Positions 8,267 through 17,460 of a stretch of DNA of 64,000 bases are shown one piece after another. A program made the translations under genes and the position numbers. The notes under the pieces are model-generated. The model was not told where the DNA came from. It did not search any database and was given only the letters and a program-made list of their open reading frames with translations. Numbering within the stretch: the first letter of the stretch is position 1; each line of letters opens with the position of its first letter. This stretch comes from a virus, in IMG/VR virus record IMGVR_UViG_3300033143_002031, positions 120,745 to 184,744 of that record. One strand, given 5' to 3'.

Positions 8267-9120
8267 TTCGTAGCTCCATTCCGGAAGAGCGAGAGAAGCC
8301 GCCACTAACCGAGGACTCGTGGATCAGAGTCTCCGGTCTCGCAATGATGTGTGCTCGGGAGGAGGTGCTCGCTGTCCGGGGCGAGATCATCCGAGCCGAC
8401 AACGTGGGTGCCGACCTCATGCTCATCTTCGAGCACGGTAATGGGCTCCACTGGGACCTCCAGAACCGCATCCTGCCGCAGACGAAAACTCTGTTCGGGC
8501 GCTGGCTCTGCGCGGTGTGCGGAACCCACCACGGAGGTCGGTCGCTATGGGGCGAGCCTGACCCCGAGGAGACGTACCCGATCTTTCCGGACGAGCCCGA
8601 AAGGGACCACACGTTCGAGGATTCTCAGATACTCCGCCCCGAGGTGTGTCCGAAGTGTGGGAGCGTCCTCACGTCCGACAACAGCATCTTCGAGGAGCAG
8701 TGGATCAAGGACCCGGAGTACCGCCTAGCGGGCCACCCAGATGGCTTTCTGCGCTTGGAAGGCATGCCAGGGCTTGGGGTCCTAGAGGTCAAGTCGATCA
8801 GCCCACGAGGGGCCTACGAGGTCCGCACCTGCGCGAAGCTGGACCATGTGACGCAGGCGCAATGCTACATGTGGATGACCGGCTGCCAGTGGGGCAAGGT
8901 GCTCTACTGGGACAAGGGTACGGGCGGTATGAAGGGCCTGATCGAGCACACGGTCGAGTACGACGAGGACCACGTGGAGGCCATGCAGAACCTCGTTCGT
9001 GACATCTGGACCGGCGTCAAGGACGAGACCAGCAAACTCCCCGAGCGCATCTGCGCGTCTTCGGACTGCAAGCGGGCGGACCTCTGTGCCTGCGTCGAGC
9101 CTTGTTTCGAGGCCGACTGA
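8230..9120 (+). CDS. Cas4/RecB-like PD-(D/E)XK exonuclease
   Basis: EHGNGLH, GHPDG, LEVKS, QAQCYM motifs and a C-terminal Cys cluster. Confidence 0.8.
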   Translation: MGTEAHGDLKPLIRSSIPEEREKPPLTEDSWIRVSGLAMMCAREEVLAVRGEIIRADNVGADLMLIFEHGNGLHWDLQNRILPQTKTLFGRWLCAVCGTHHGGRSLWGEPDPEETYPIFPDEPERDHTFEDSQILRPEVCPKCGSVLTSDNSIFEEQWIKDPEYRLAGHPDGFLRLEGMPGLGVLEVKSISPRGAYEVRTCAKLDHVTQAQCYMWMTGCQWGKVLYWDKGTGGMKGLIEHTVEYDEDHVEAMQNLVRDIWTGVKDETSKLPERICASSDCKRADLCACVEPCFEAD

Positions 9121-9554
9121 TGGGGCACGACACGATCATCGACGACCCTGCATTCCTCCAGGTCGCCTCTCCCAAGTTCGTCTTCCTCGATCCAAAGGTG
9201 CTCCGTCCCCTCCCCCAGTCGCTCTGGAACATCTCATGCGAGGAGTGCGACAAGCGCCAGTCGGTCTGGGAACATTTCCCACCGGAACTTCCTTCTGGGG
9301 TTCGGAAGGGTACCCCCGTGTGCTCCCTGTGCTGGCTCTATGAGTCGGCGTGGGGGAAGGAGAACCGGGAGGCTGTCGACTGCATGATTCGCGCCGTGGA
9401 GGTCCAGAAGGAAGAGATCTTCCGCAAGGCGGGCGACGGCTGTCTCTGGTCCTGTAGGGATGCAGATCGTATCCTCGGAGCGATCGGTGTGACGTCAAGG
9501 ATTGCAGAGCACCATGCACGAATGGCGATGTTCGGGGGAGACGATGGATCGTGA
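9120..9554 (+). CDS. hypothetical Cys-containing protein
   Basis: TGATG coupling; CEEC and CSLC pairs. Confidence 0.65.
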   Translation: MGHDTIIDDPAFLQVASPKFVFLDPKVLRPLPQSLWNISCEECDKRQSVWEHFPPELPSGVRKGTPVCSLCWLYESAWGKENREAVDCMIRAVEVQKEEIFRKAGDGCLWSCRDADRILGAIGVTSRIAEHHARMAMFGGDDGS

Positions 9555-10134
9555 AGTTTACATTCTTGGGTTGGACCCCGGGTTTGCATCGTTTGGTTTC
9601 GGGATCGTGCGGCTATCCTCCTCGTCTGAGAAGGTGATGACGACTGATGTCATCCGCACTCAGAAGTCCGAGAAGAAGAAGGGCGTCAAGGCTGCCGACG
9701 ACAATTTTCACAGAGGTCAGGCTATCTCGGCTGTGCTCCATGAAACCGTGAAGGAGTGGAAGCCTATGGCCATTGCAGCGGAGGCTGCATCGTGGCCCCG
9801 GAACGCCGGAGCCGCTACGAAAGTTGCCCTGTCGTGGGGCATCATTATCGACCTCTGCTACATCTACCAGTTGCCGATGGTCCAGGCGAGCCCGCAGGAG
9901 ATCAAGAAAGCTCTCTGCAACAACAAGTCGGCTACGAAAGAGGACGTCCGGCGTGTCCTAGAGGCTCGCTACCCGTGCCAGTTCGACGGGTTCAAGGCAC
10001 GCTTCCCGGCCAGGAAGCCTCCCCAGCCCAACGGTCAGTGGGAGCACGGCTTCGATGCGGTAGGCGCCGTGGTCACATGTCTGGACAGCGACGTCATCCG
10101 CATGGCAAGAGGGATGGCATCATGCGAGGAATAA
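9544..10134 (+). CDS. ruvC: RuvC-like Holliday junction resolvase
   Basis: ILGLDPGFASFGFGIV, AEAAS, PQEIKK...ATKEDV, HGFDAVG; SD GGGGAG. Confidence 0.85.
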   Translation: MDREVYILGLDPGFASFGFGIVRLSSSSEKVMTTDVIRTQKSEKKKGVKAADDNFHRGQAISAVLHETVKEWKPMAIAAEAASWPRNAGAATKVALSWGIIIDLCYIYQLPMVQASPQEIKKALCNNKSATKEDVRRVLEARYPCQFDGFKARFPARKPPQPNGQWEHGFDAVGAVVTCLDSDVIRMARGMASCEE

Positions 10135-10433
10135 ACAAGGTGATCGTCTCGGGCAACGTGTCTCGCGAGATCAACTATGGCACCCTGCCGGACGATTCGC
10201 CGGTCCTATCGTTCACGATGGCGTCGGACCGCGCTGCCAACGGTGCCACCATCACGGCATGGGCGAAGATCAACGTCTACATCGACATCCTGGTTGAGCA
10301 GTGTCGCACGCATCTCTTTTGCGGGGGGTATGTCATCGTGGAGGGCGAACTCATGAACCGTGAGGGGCGCCATGGAAAACTCATGGAGGTGCGAGCGAAG
10401 GAGATCATCTTCGTGAAGGAGGGTAGGAAGTGA
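10122..10433 (+). CDS. ssb: bacterial-type ssDNA-binding protein (OB fold only, no acidic tail)
   Basis: INKVIVSGNV...VIVEGEL pattern. Confidence 0.8.
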   Translation: MRGINKVIVSGNVSREINYGTLPDDSPVLSFTMASDRAANGATITAWAKINVYIDILVEQCRTHLFCGGYVIVEGELMNREGRHGKLMEVRAKEIIFVKEGRK

Positions 10434-11296
10434 GCAACGTGGCGGCGATTGCGGAACTTCCGGGATCGGAAGCGTGGGGCGCGAAGATACGAAAGCGAGC
10501 GCGAGCACTGGTCAAGACCATCGACCAGGGCTATATGGAGTTGGCGGAGATCCTCCATACTGTCTGGGCCACCCCGATCAACAACGAGTCCCACAATGCC
10601 TGCGTCACCGTGGCGTGGGGTTACGAGAGCTACGTCCAGTGGGGCGAGGAGGAGCTAGGTCTCCACAAGCGCAAGATCGAGCGCTTGAAGGCCATATGGC
10701 ACCACTTCCACATCACGCTGGGCGGAAAACTCGATCGCCCGACTCGGAAGAAGATCATCGCGCTCGGATGGACTAAGGTCCGAGAGTTGATCCGCGTCAT
10801 TGACGCGGATAACGCGGAGAAGTGGGTCGAAGTGGCAGAGCACCTGAACTACGACGAGTTGTGTGAGGCCATCCGTCGCGCGCTGGAAGCCCGAGAGAAG
10901 CACGACCAGGCGAGGGCGGTGGGCACCGCCGACGACGAGGACGACGACGAGTTCAAGGGGGCTCCCCCACCGGACGACGCGGACCGCTTCAAAAAGATGT
11001 GGTTCAACCTCACGCCCGAGCAGAAGGCCAACATCGAGATGGCCATCGGGCGCGCGAAGCAACTGGCAAACTCGGACAGGCCGGGGCACTGTCTGGACCT
11101 CATCTGTACCGACTTCCTGAGCACGAACGACTTCCGGAAGGCCGACGACCCCAACAGACACCTTATCTTCCTCGCCAAGTTCGAGCGACTGCTGGGCAAG
11201 AGACTCGTCGTGATCGACGCGGCGACGTGGGTGATCGAGTACGGCATGGATGCCCTGTCGAGGGCTGCCGAGGTCTTGGAGGCGAACGATGAGTGA
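10430..11296 (+). CDS. hypothetical protein, probably DNA-binding
   Basis: GTGA overlap and normal coding composition; YESYVQWGEEELGLHKRKIERL...LGWTKVREL resembles a common phage HTH-like domain. Confidence 0.65.
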   Translation: MSNVAAIAELPGSEAWGAKIRKRARALVKTIDQGYMELAEILHTVWATPINNESHNACVTVAWGYESYVQWGEEELGLHKRKIERLKAIWHHFHITLGGKLDRPTRKKIIALGWTKVRELIRVIDADNAEKWVEVAEHLNYDELCEAIRRALEAREKHDQARAVGTADDEDDDEFKGAPPPDDADRFKKMWFNLTPEQKANIEMAIGRAKQLANSDRPGHCLDLICTDFLSTNDFRKADDPNRHLIFLAKFERLLGKRLVVIDAATWVIEYGMDALSRAAEVLEANDE

Positions 11297-11528
11297 TCTG
11301 AATCTGGTGCTACCCATAACCCCAGACAACCTGCACACCGAGTTGGAGCACATCGAGGCGACCGTCAAGAAGTGGCGGGAGTACATTGGCCAGGGCATTG
11401 TCGGGATCGACAAGCCGGCTCCGGACTCTGACGAGAAGCTGGACGCCTTCCTCCGGCAGTTTACCGGCGAGATGTTCTTTGTCGCTGGCAAGTGCCAGAA
11501 CATGGCTGTCGTGCTGTCCGAGCGATGA
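11289..11528 (+). CDS. hypothetical protein
   Basis: Overlapping starts and stops on both sides. Confidence 0.55.
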   Translation: MSDLNLVLPITPDNLHTELEHIEATVKKWREYIGQGIVGIDKPAPDSDEKLDAFLRQFTGEMFFVAGKCQNMAVVLSER

Positions 11529-12346
11529 CCCATAAGAAGAAGCTAGAAGGCAGAACGATCTTTGAGATGCTGGACCCGACCCTTCTGGACAACAACCCTT
11601 GGAATCCGAACACGCTGGATCAGGACGACTTCAATCGGCTTGTGAGCGAGATCGAGGACGTAGGATTTATAGCTCCTGTGCAGGTCATCCCAGTCGATGG
11701 TGGGAGGTATCGGATCATCGGAGGAGAGCACCGCGTCGCGGCGGCTGTGGACCTACGTCTTCCTTCTATTCCGGCCATGGTGCTCGATGGACCACGCTGG
11801 AAGGATGAAGACCTCCAGAAGCTCGTCACGGTGCGCCTGAATGTCCTGAGAGGGAAGCTCAACCCGGACAAGATGGCGCTGCTCTATCACCAGATGGCGA
11901 AGAGGTACGGAGAGGACGCTCTCCAGAGCCTCTTCGCCTACACGGACACGCACGGCTGGGACAAGTTGGTCAGCGGGATCAAGCAGGGCCTCTCGAAGGC
12001 GGCGCTGCCGAAGGACAAGCAGAAGGAGTTTGCTGAGAAGGCGAAGGAAGCCAAGACCCTGAAAGACCTCGAACGCATCCTCAACGAACTGTGGTCGAGC
12101 TACGGGGACACGGTGCAGCTATCCTTCATGGTCTTCACCTACGGCAAGCGGGAGCACTTCTACATCGCCATGGATAAGAAGACCCGGGAGGCGGTCAGGC
12201 GCATCGGAGACCACTGCAAGGGCCACGCGAAAGACATCAACACCGTCCTCGGTCCGGCACTCCAAGCGCTCGCTGACGTCCTCGACAAGAGCGAGTCGAA
12301 GAAGACCTCCAAGGCGAAGCCCCAGCAAGATGACGTCGGCTTCTGA
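11525..12346 (+). CDS. ParB/Srx-like protein
   Basis: NPWNPN...LVSEIEDVGFIAPV...YRIIGGEHRVAAA. Confidence 0.85.
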   Translation: MTHKKKLEGRTIFEMLDPTLLDNNPWNPNTLDQDDFNRLVSEIEDVGFIAPVQVIPVDGGRYRIIGGEHRVAAAVDLRLPSIPAMVLDGPRWKDEDLQKLVTVRLNVLRGKLNPDKMALLYHQMAKRYGEDALQSLFAYTDTHGWDKLVSGIKQGLSKAALPKDKQKEFAEKAKEAKTLKDLERILNELWSSYGDTVQLSFMVFTYGKREHFYIAMDKKTREAVRRIGDHCKGHAKDINTVLGPALQALADVLDKSESKKTSKAKPQQDDVGF

Positions 12347-12359
12347 CCTGTGGTACTCC
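12345..12359 (+). promoter_or_regulatory. candidate phage late-promoter motif
   Basis: GACCTGTGGTACTCC; GACCGTGGTACTCC recurs at 45011-45024 upstream of the tail tube gene. Confidence 0.4.
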
Positions 12360-12395
12360 TAAACTCGGCCGAGAGATCGGTAGGGGTAGACGACC

Positions 12396-15300
12396 ATGGG
12401 CATGTTGAGCGAGGCCATTCCGCACACTTCAGGGCTCCTCGTAGAGGCCCCGAAGGCGCCGAACCCGGAGAAGTTCGTTCCGGTGTTCTCGTGGACCATG
12501 AAGCGTGTCTGGGTGTGGGTGAAGAAGGGCGGCAAGGTCTTTGGCCCCACAGAGATCCCTCACGGCCAGGTCAAGAAGTACAAGGGAAAGCTCGGGTGGC
12601 TCCCGACAAAGACTGAGTACGTAGCGCTCTTGGACCCGAGCGCCTACACCGGCCCAGACGACCTGTACCCCCCGGGCTGGAAGTACGGGGATTCACTGGA
12701 CACGTCCACGTTCGTGGGCAAGCCTGTGGACATTCCGATCCTGGCGAAATTTGAACCGCTGGTGAAGCCCAAGGCGAAGAAGAAGGCCCCGAAGCTACCA
12801 CCTGAGTTCACCCTCACGGGCAAAAAGGACCCCCATGGATTCCCCACGGTCGACGACGACACCTCCGGAGATGTGTTTTCGATCCTCCCTGACGGACGTG
12901 TCATGGAGTTCGACCCTGACGACGGGCTCTACTACGAGGTGAAGAAGGAGGGAGCCACCTGGTTCACTCAGGCCGCCCCCACCTACTCGCCCGCCGACCT
13001 GAAGCCGGGGCCAGCCATAAAGCCAAAGGCGAAGCCGCAGCCGATGGAGCCTCCGGAGGACTTCGAGCTACCTCCGAACTACACGATCAAGAAAGTCACG
13101 CCGTCGCATGTGGTCGCCATAACGCCGGACGGCACGGACGTGAAGTGGATCAAGGTCACGAACCATTGGGTCCACGCTGACGACCCCACAAAGGACCACG
13201 AGCCCCTTCAGTCCGCGACTCTCAAGACCAAGACCAAGACCAAGGCCAAGGCCAAATCCAAGGCCCAGTCAAAGAACCCGTTCAAGGTCACCACGAAGAA
13301 GAAGCCCGGGGCGCCGTCGAAGAAGTACAGCACCAAGAAGGGCAAGCCCTCCACGAAAGCTCCGGAGCAGGAGAAGGTCGTTGCGCCTCACGCCGAACTG
13401 GCGCCTCACCTCACCAAGTACACGGGTCAGGTCGATGTGAACGGCCTCCCGCTCGTGGACGAAGTGATGGAGGTGGCTTCCGACGATGAGCAGGTGGCGA
13501 AGGGCCTGACGCTCATGCCGGACGACCGTGTGGCCCGATGGCGCCCGGACAGTGGCGTCTACCTGCTCTACGACTACGATCCCTACTACGGGTTTATGTT
13601 CTCGAAGTCGGGGGAGACCGTCTCCCCGGACGAGGCCAAGAAACTCATGACGGTCTTGTCCCTGACGGTCAAGAACGGCCGCTATCACCAGTTCCAGAAC
13701 GTGGGGGCGGACAAGGCCCAGCCGTCCACCTACAGCGTGCCCTTGCCGAACGACTGCAAGTCGATCTCGCAGAAGGACACGAACGGCCTTCCCATGGTGG
13801 AGTCGATCCCAACCGACGATATGGACGACAACCACAAGTTGACGCTCCTCCCCGACAGCCGCCTGGCCAGGTGGGACCCGCTGTCGATTCAGTACCTCGT
13901 GTGGGAATGGAGGGACATCCTCGGGGACTACAACTACTACCCGACCCACCCGACCGTGTACGTCACCTTGAAGGAGGTCAAGAAACTCCAGGCTCAGGTG
14001 CCCTCTGTGCCCGTCAGCACCCCCGTGGAGCCTCCGGAGTGGAAGCCCAAGGCGAAGCCCAAGGCGAAGCCCAAGGCGAAGCCTACGGGCGCCCTGGAGC
14101 CCGCAAACGCCAAGGACCCCAGGGGCTACCCTGTCGGGCTGTACAAGGGCAGCACGTATGCCATTCTGCCGGACGGCAAGGTCGGCGTCTGGTCCAAAGC
14201 GAACGGCGCCTACGTGCTCCACCAGTATGACGCGCTCGGGGACAGCTACTACAACTCGGGCTACATGTGGACTCCCCCGGGGATGCACCAAGCCCTGGCC
14301 CCGGACCACGGTACTTTCAGTGCTACCTTGGCCCATGTCGTGGACCACGACGGGAAGTCGGTCCTGGTGCTCCCGAACGGGAAGTTTGCCGAGCACAAGT
14401 ACATCGACGGCAAGTCCAAGATCGTCATCTACAAGGCCGACCCGGCGCAGGGGAAGAAGTTCGTTCCGACCGGAGAGATACTCGACCCATCGGACCTGAA
14501 GGACGTGATAGGGGAGCCTGACTACAAGACCCTGAAGCCCACGGGTGAGGTGGATGACAACGGCCTCCCAACCTACAAGGTTGTGCAGGGAGACTCCAAG
14601 CACCTGAAGCCCTTGGCGATGCTCCCGAACGGCTCCATGGCGGCGTGGAACCCCAAGGCGAAGACATACCGCCTGATGGAGTTTGACCCGCAGTTCGCGG
14701 TGTGGGAATTGTCCTTCCCGAAGGAGACATTCGATCTCAGCGACATCGACGCGATGTATCTGAAGTCCGGGGTCACCCCGATATCTGAGCCGCCGGCCCC
14801 CGCGAAGGCGATGACCCCTCTGGTGCCGGCGAAGGCAGTGAAGTCGGACGAGCCCGAGGCACCAAAGAAGCCCCCGAAGATGCCGGCAGCGGCGGCGTTC
14901 GTCACTCCGCAGGCCGACCTCCCCGACCCCGACACGCTGGAGGACATCGGGTCGGCCGGGATGAAGGGTGCCGGAGCCAAGACGCGACTCAAGGACCCGG
15001 ACACAGGCAAGCTCTATCTGTTCAAGCCGTCGATACCGAAGAGCGGCCCGAAGAAGACGCAGGCGTTCCGCGCCAAGTCGCAGGAGGGTTTCGCCGCCGT
15101 GGCGGCCGTAGCTCGCCCGGATGCCTATGTCCCTGTCGAGACGGTGAAGTACAAGGGGCAACTCGGGACGCTCCAACCGATGTTGGACCTGGACCCGAAT
15201 CAGGAAGACCTCGCGGGCGTGGCGCCCGAGGAGTTGACGGAGCAGCAGAAGCAGGACGTCGCCGAAGAGCACCTGCTCGATTGGCTCATGTCCCAGCACG

Positions 15301-17459
15301 ATTCCTTCGCCGCAAACTTCGTCATCACGAAGGAGGGCCGCGTCGTCGGGATCGACAAGGAACAGGGCTGGAAGTACGTCGGTCACAAGTCCCACCCCGA
15401 CGAGTTGAGTACGGAGTACCGACCCAACAGCGACCTCTACGGCGAGCAGGAGCCCTACTACAACAAGTTCTGGCGGGCGTTCGGCGGCGGCACGATGGAC
15501 TTCGATCCGAAGTCCATGAACAGCGCCCTCAAAAAGCTGGAACAGATGCCCGTCGAGACCTTGACCAAGGCCCTGGAGGGGTACGCGGCCACGAACAAAA
15601 AGATGCTCGGAGCGGACAAGGAATACGAGCGCTACGCTTTCGTGAAGAAGATGGTCTCTCGCCGGGCGACGCTGCGTCGGGACTTCGAGGAGTTCATCAC
15701 GGAGAAGTACGTGAAGCGCGAGGGCGAGACCGGGAAGTTTACGTTCGCGGCGGGGTGGGTGAGCGACGCCTCGGAGGCGGCCGGGCCGCAGTCCACATTC
15801 CAGGAGGTCTCGGACACCCTCCGAGGGCTCATCCTGAAGCATCTCGGCTCGAACGCCCTGAAGCCGCACAAGTCGGACCCGGACCTCACGGTCGTGCGTG
15901 TCCAGAATATGGAGCCGATCACAAAGGTCACGGAGTACCTCCAAGAACTAGGTGTCGAGGTGGTGGGAGAGCCGAAGATGGGCTCGAACTACAACATGGT
16001 GTTCGTGAAGAGCGGTGACCTCGACAAGACGATCACCAAGACGATCGAGATCAAGTCCGAACCAGGGCAGAAGTACCAGGACTTCAAGGGCTCCCCGACG
16101 TACCAGTCTGAGGCGTTCGCGCCCCAAGAGGCTCCTGCCAACATCGACGAGATCATCACGGTCGAGCAGGACCACCTGGGCCACGTCGGGAAGCAGTTCA
16201 CCCTGGACGGCAAGGCTGTGGAAGGGCAGTCAGCTAGCATTCAGAGGGTCATCCTCACGAACGGGAAGAAGGCCCACGTCGTCCACTTCAAACTCCGGAA
16301 GCCCTACTGGAAGGACATCACCGGGGGCGAGCCTGGCGAGTACAAGTGGCACCTCGGCGCCTACGACGAGGGCGAGGACGCGGTGCGTTACTCGTCGAGC
16401 GGGGGGCACTCTGAGAAGGCGCTCGTCTTCAAGGGGCCGAAAGGTTCGGAGATGTTCGTGCTCGGGCCGAAGGTGGACCACTCACACTACGGCAACAAAG
16501 CCAGTTACTCCTTCCAGGGGTCGGTGTACGCGATCATCCCTGAAGGGGCTGGGAAGGTGAAGACGGTTCTGAAGAAGCTGCTCGATGAGATCGGACTCGC
16601 GAAGGAGGTTCTGAAGAAGCCGAGCAAGTCGGACGTCGAACTGTTCCATCTATCGCAGGCGCTCTGGTCGGTCTCCCCGAAGGTCCACGACAAACTCATC
16701 GAGGATGACGTTGAGTTGACGATCCCCCTTCTGAAGAAGAAGCTGAAGGGCAAGTTGAAGAAGGACGAGATCGAGGCCATTCGCACAGTCCAAGGCCCAC
16801 TCGGAAGGGCGTCGGCGATCATCCCAGGTCGGTGGAAGACGCTCGGAGGCGGGACCGAGGACGACCCGGTGGTCCGGTTCCCGTTCTGGCAGGTGGACAA
16901 CCCTAGCAAGGTGGCCAACATACTCAAGACCGGAGGCGTAGGCGCTCACGAGCGGATGCGGATGGGGCTTGGTACTGGGGGCTCGTCGGTCCACTCCGAC
17001 ATGGAGACCGGCGGCTCGGACAACGTGACCACGCGGATCGCGATGAAGGACCACTACGGCTCGATGGACCAGGGAAATGTCCAGGGCGCTATCAAACTCG
17101 TCATCGCACCGGAACTCCTGGACCGGCTTGACGTTCACCTTGCGCGGGGGGACTCCTACGGGGCCACCAAGCCTGGGCATTCGTCGTTCTACGACAACCG
17201 GAAGGGGCTGAGCAGCGCGGTCAAGGCGGAGAACGCAAGCAAGCACTCGAACACGGAACTGGTCTTGCGGCGTGGGTTCCCGGCCTCCATGATCAAGCGC
17301 ATTGCGACGGGGGGCGAGAGCACGCGGAAGAAGGTTCTGGCAGCCCTGGATAACGCCGGCATCACCGAGCACAATGGGGTGCCCATCGAGGATTTCGTGG
17401 TCGTTGAAACGGATCAGAAGGCTATGTACACCAAGTACCTGAAGCCGCTGGGGTACTGA
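12396..17459 (+). CDS. 1687-aa multidomain protein: N-terminal repeats, HipA/PI3K-like kinase domain, C-terminal ADP-ribosyltransferase-like domain
   Basis: 5-6 repeats D-x-x-G-x-P...LP[DN]G-x-x-x-x-W; kinase motifs GSAGMKGAG, LYLFKP, DWLMSQHDSFAANF, GIDKEQ; C-terminal NILKTGG...GGSDNVTTR...NTELVLR (ART call weaker). Confidence 0.7.
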   Translation: MGMLSEAIPHTSGLLVEAPKAPNPEKFVPVFSWTMKRVWVWVKKGGKVFGPTEIPHGQVKKYKGKLGWLPTKTEYVALLDPSAYTGPDDLYPPGWKYGDSLDTSTFVGKPVDIPILAKFEPLVKPKAKKKAPKLPPEFTLTGKKDPHGFPTVDDDTSGDVFSILPDGRVMEFDPDDGLYYEVKKEGATWFTQAAPTYSPADLKPGPAIKPKAKPQPMEPPEDFELPPNYTIKKVTPSHVVAITPDGTDVKWIKVTNHWVHADDPTKDHEPLQSATLKTKTKTKAKAKSKAQSKNPFKVTTKKKPGAPSKKYSTKKGKPSTKAPEQEKVVAPHAELAPHLTKYTGQVDVNGLPLVDEVMEVASDDEQVAKGLTLMPDDRVARWRPDSGVYLLYDYDPYYGFMFSKSGETVSPDEAKKLMTVLSLTVKNGRYHQFQNVGADKAQPSTYSVPLPNDCKSISQKDTNGLPMVESIPTDDMDDNHKLTLLPDSRLARWDPLSIQYLVWEWRDILGDYNYYPTHPTVYVTLKEVKKLQAQVPSVPVSTPVEPPEWKPKAKPKAKPKAKPTGALEPANAKDPRGYPVGLYKGSTYAILPDGKVGVWSKANGAYVLHQYDALGDSYYNSGYMWTPPGMHQALAPDHGTFSATLAHVVDHDGKSVLVLPNGKFAEHKYIDGKSKIVIYKADPAQGKKFVPTGEILDPSDLKDVIGEPDYKTLKPTGEVDDNGLPTYKVVQGDSKHLKPLAMLPNGSMAAWNPKAKTYRLMEFDPQFAVWELSFPKETFDLSDIDAMYLKSGVTPISEPPAPAKAMTPLVPAKAVKSDEPEAPKKPPKMPAAAAFVTPQADLPDPDTLEDIGSAGMKGAGAKTRLKDPDTGKLYLFKPSIPKSGPKKTQAFRAKSQEGFAAVAAVARPDAYVPVETVKYKGQLGTLQPMLDLDPNQEDLAGVAPEELTEQQKQDVAEEHLLDWLMSQHDSFAANFVITKEGRVVGIDKEQGWKYVGHKSHPDELSTEYRPNSDLYGEQEPYYNKFWRAFGGGTMDFDPKSMNSALKKLEQMPVETLTKALEGYAATNKKMLGADKEYERYAFVKKMVSRRATLRRDFEEFITEKYVKREGETGKFTFAAGWVSDASEAAGPQSTFQEVSDTLRGLILKHLGSNALKPHKSDPDLTVVRVQNMEPITKVTEYLQELGVEVVGEPKMGSNYNMVFVKSGDLDKTITKTIEIKSEPGQKYQDFKGSPTYQSEAFAPQEAPANIDEIITVEQDHLGHVGKQFTLDGKAVEGQSASIQRVILTNGKKAHVVHFKLRKPYWKDITGGEPGEYKWHLGAYDEGEDAVRYSSSGGHSEKALVFKGPKGSEMFVLGPKVDHSHYGNKASYSFQGSVYAIIPEGAGKVKTVLKKLLDEIGLAKEVLKKPSKSDVELFHLSQALWSVSPKVHDKLIEDDVELTIPLLKKKLKGKLKKDEIEAIRTVQGPLGRASAIIPGRWKTLGGGTEDDPVVRFPFWQVDNPSKVANILKTGGVGAHERMRMGLGTGGSSVHSDMETGGSDNVTTRIAMKDHYGSMDQGNVQGAIKLVIAPELLDRLDVHLARGDSYGATKPGHSSFYDNRKGLSSAVKAENASKHSNTELVLRRGFPASMIKRIATGGESTRKKVLAALDNAGITEHNGVPIEDFVVVETDQKAMYTKYLKPLGY
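14043..14083 (+). repeat. coding 12-bp tandem repeat (AAGCCCAAGGCG x3, KPKA linker)
   Basis: Three exact copies plus a partial fourth. Confidence 0.9.
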
Positions 17460-17460
17460 C

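Noticed and set aside
8230-9120. CRISPR-Cas locus around the Cas4-like nuclease
   Set aside because: No repeat-spacer array or other cas genes; the context is recombination. The tandem repeats seen (14043-14083, about 13225-13265, about 32319-32370) are coding.
13269-15944. 891-aa minus-strand ORF (likewise 23309-25000, 42916-44370, 58769-60739 and many others)
   Set aside because: Antisense shadows of real genes, typical of high GC3 codon usage; V/L/R/G-rich text with no motifs or RBS.
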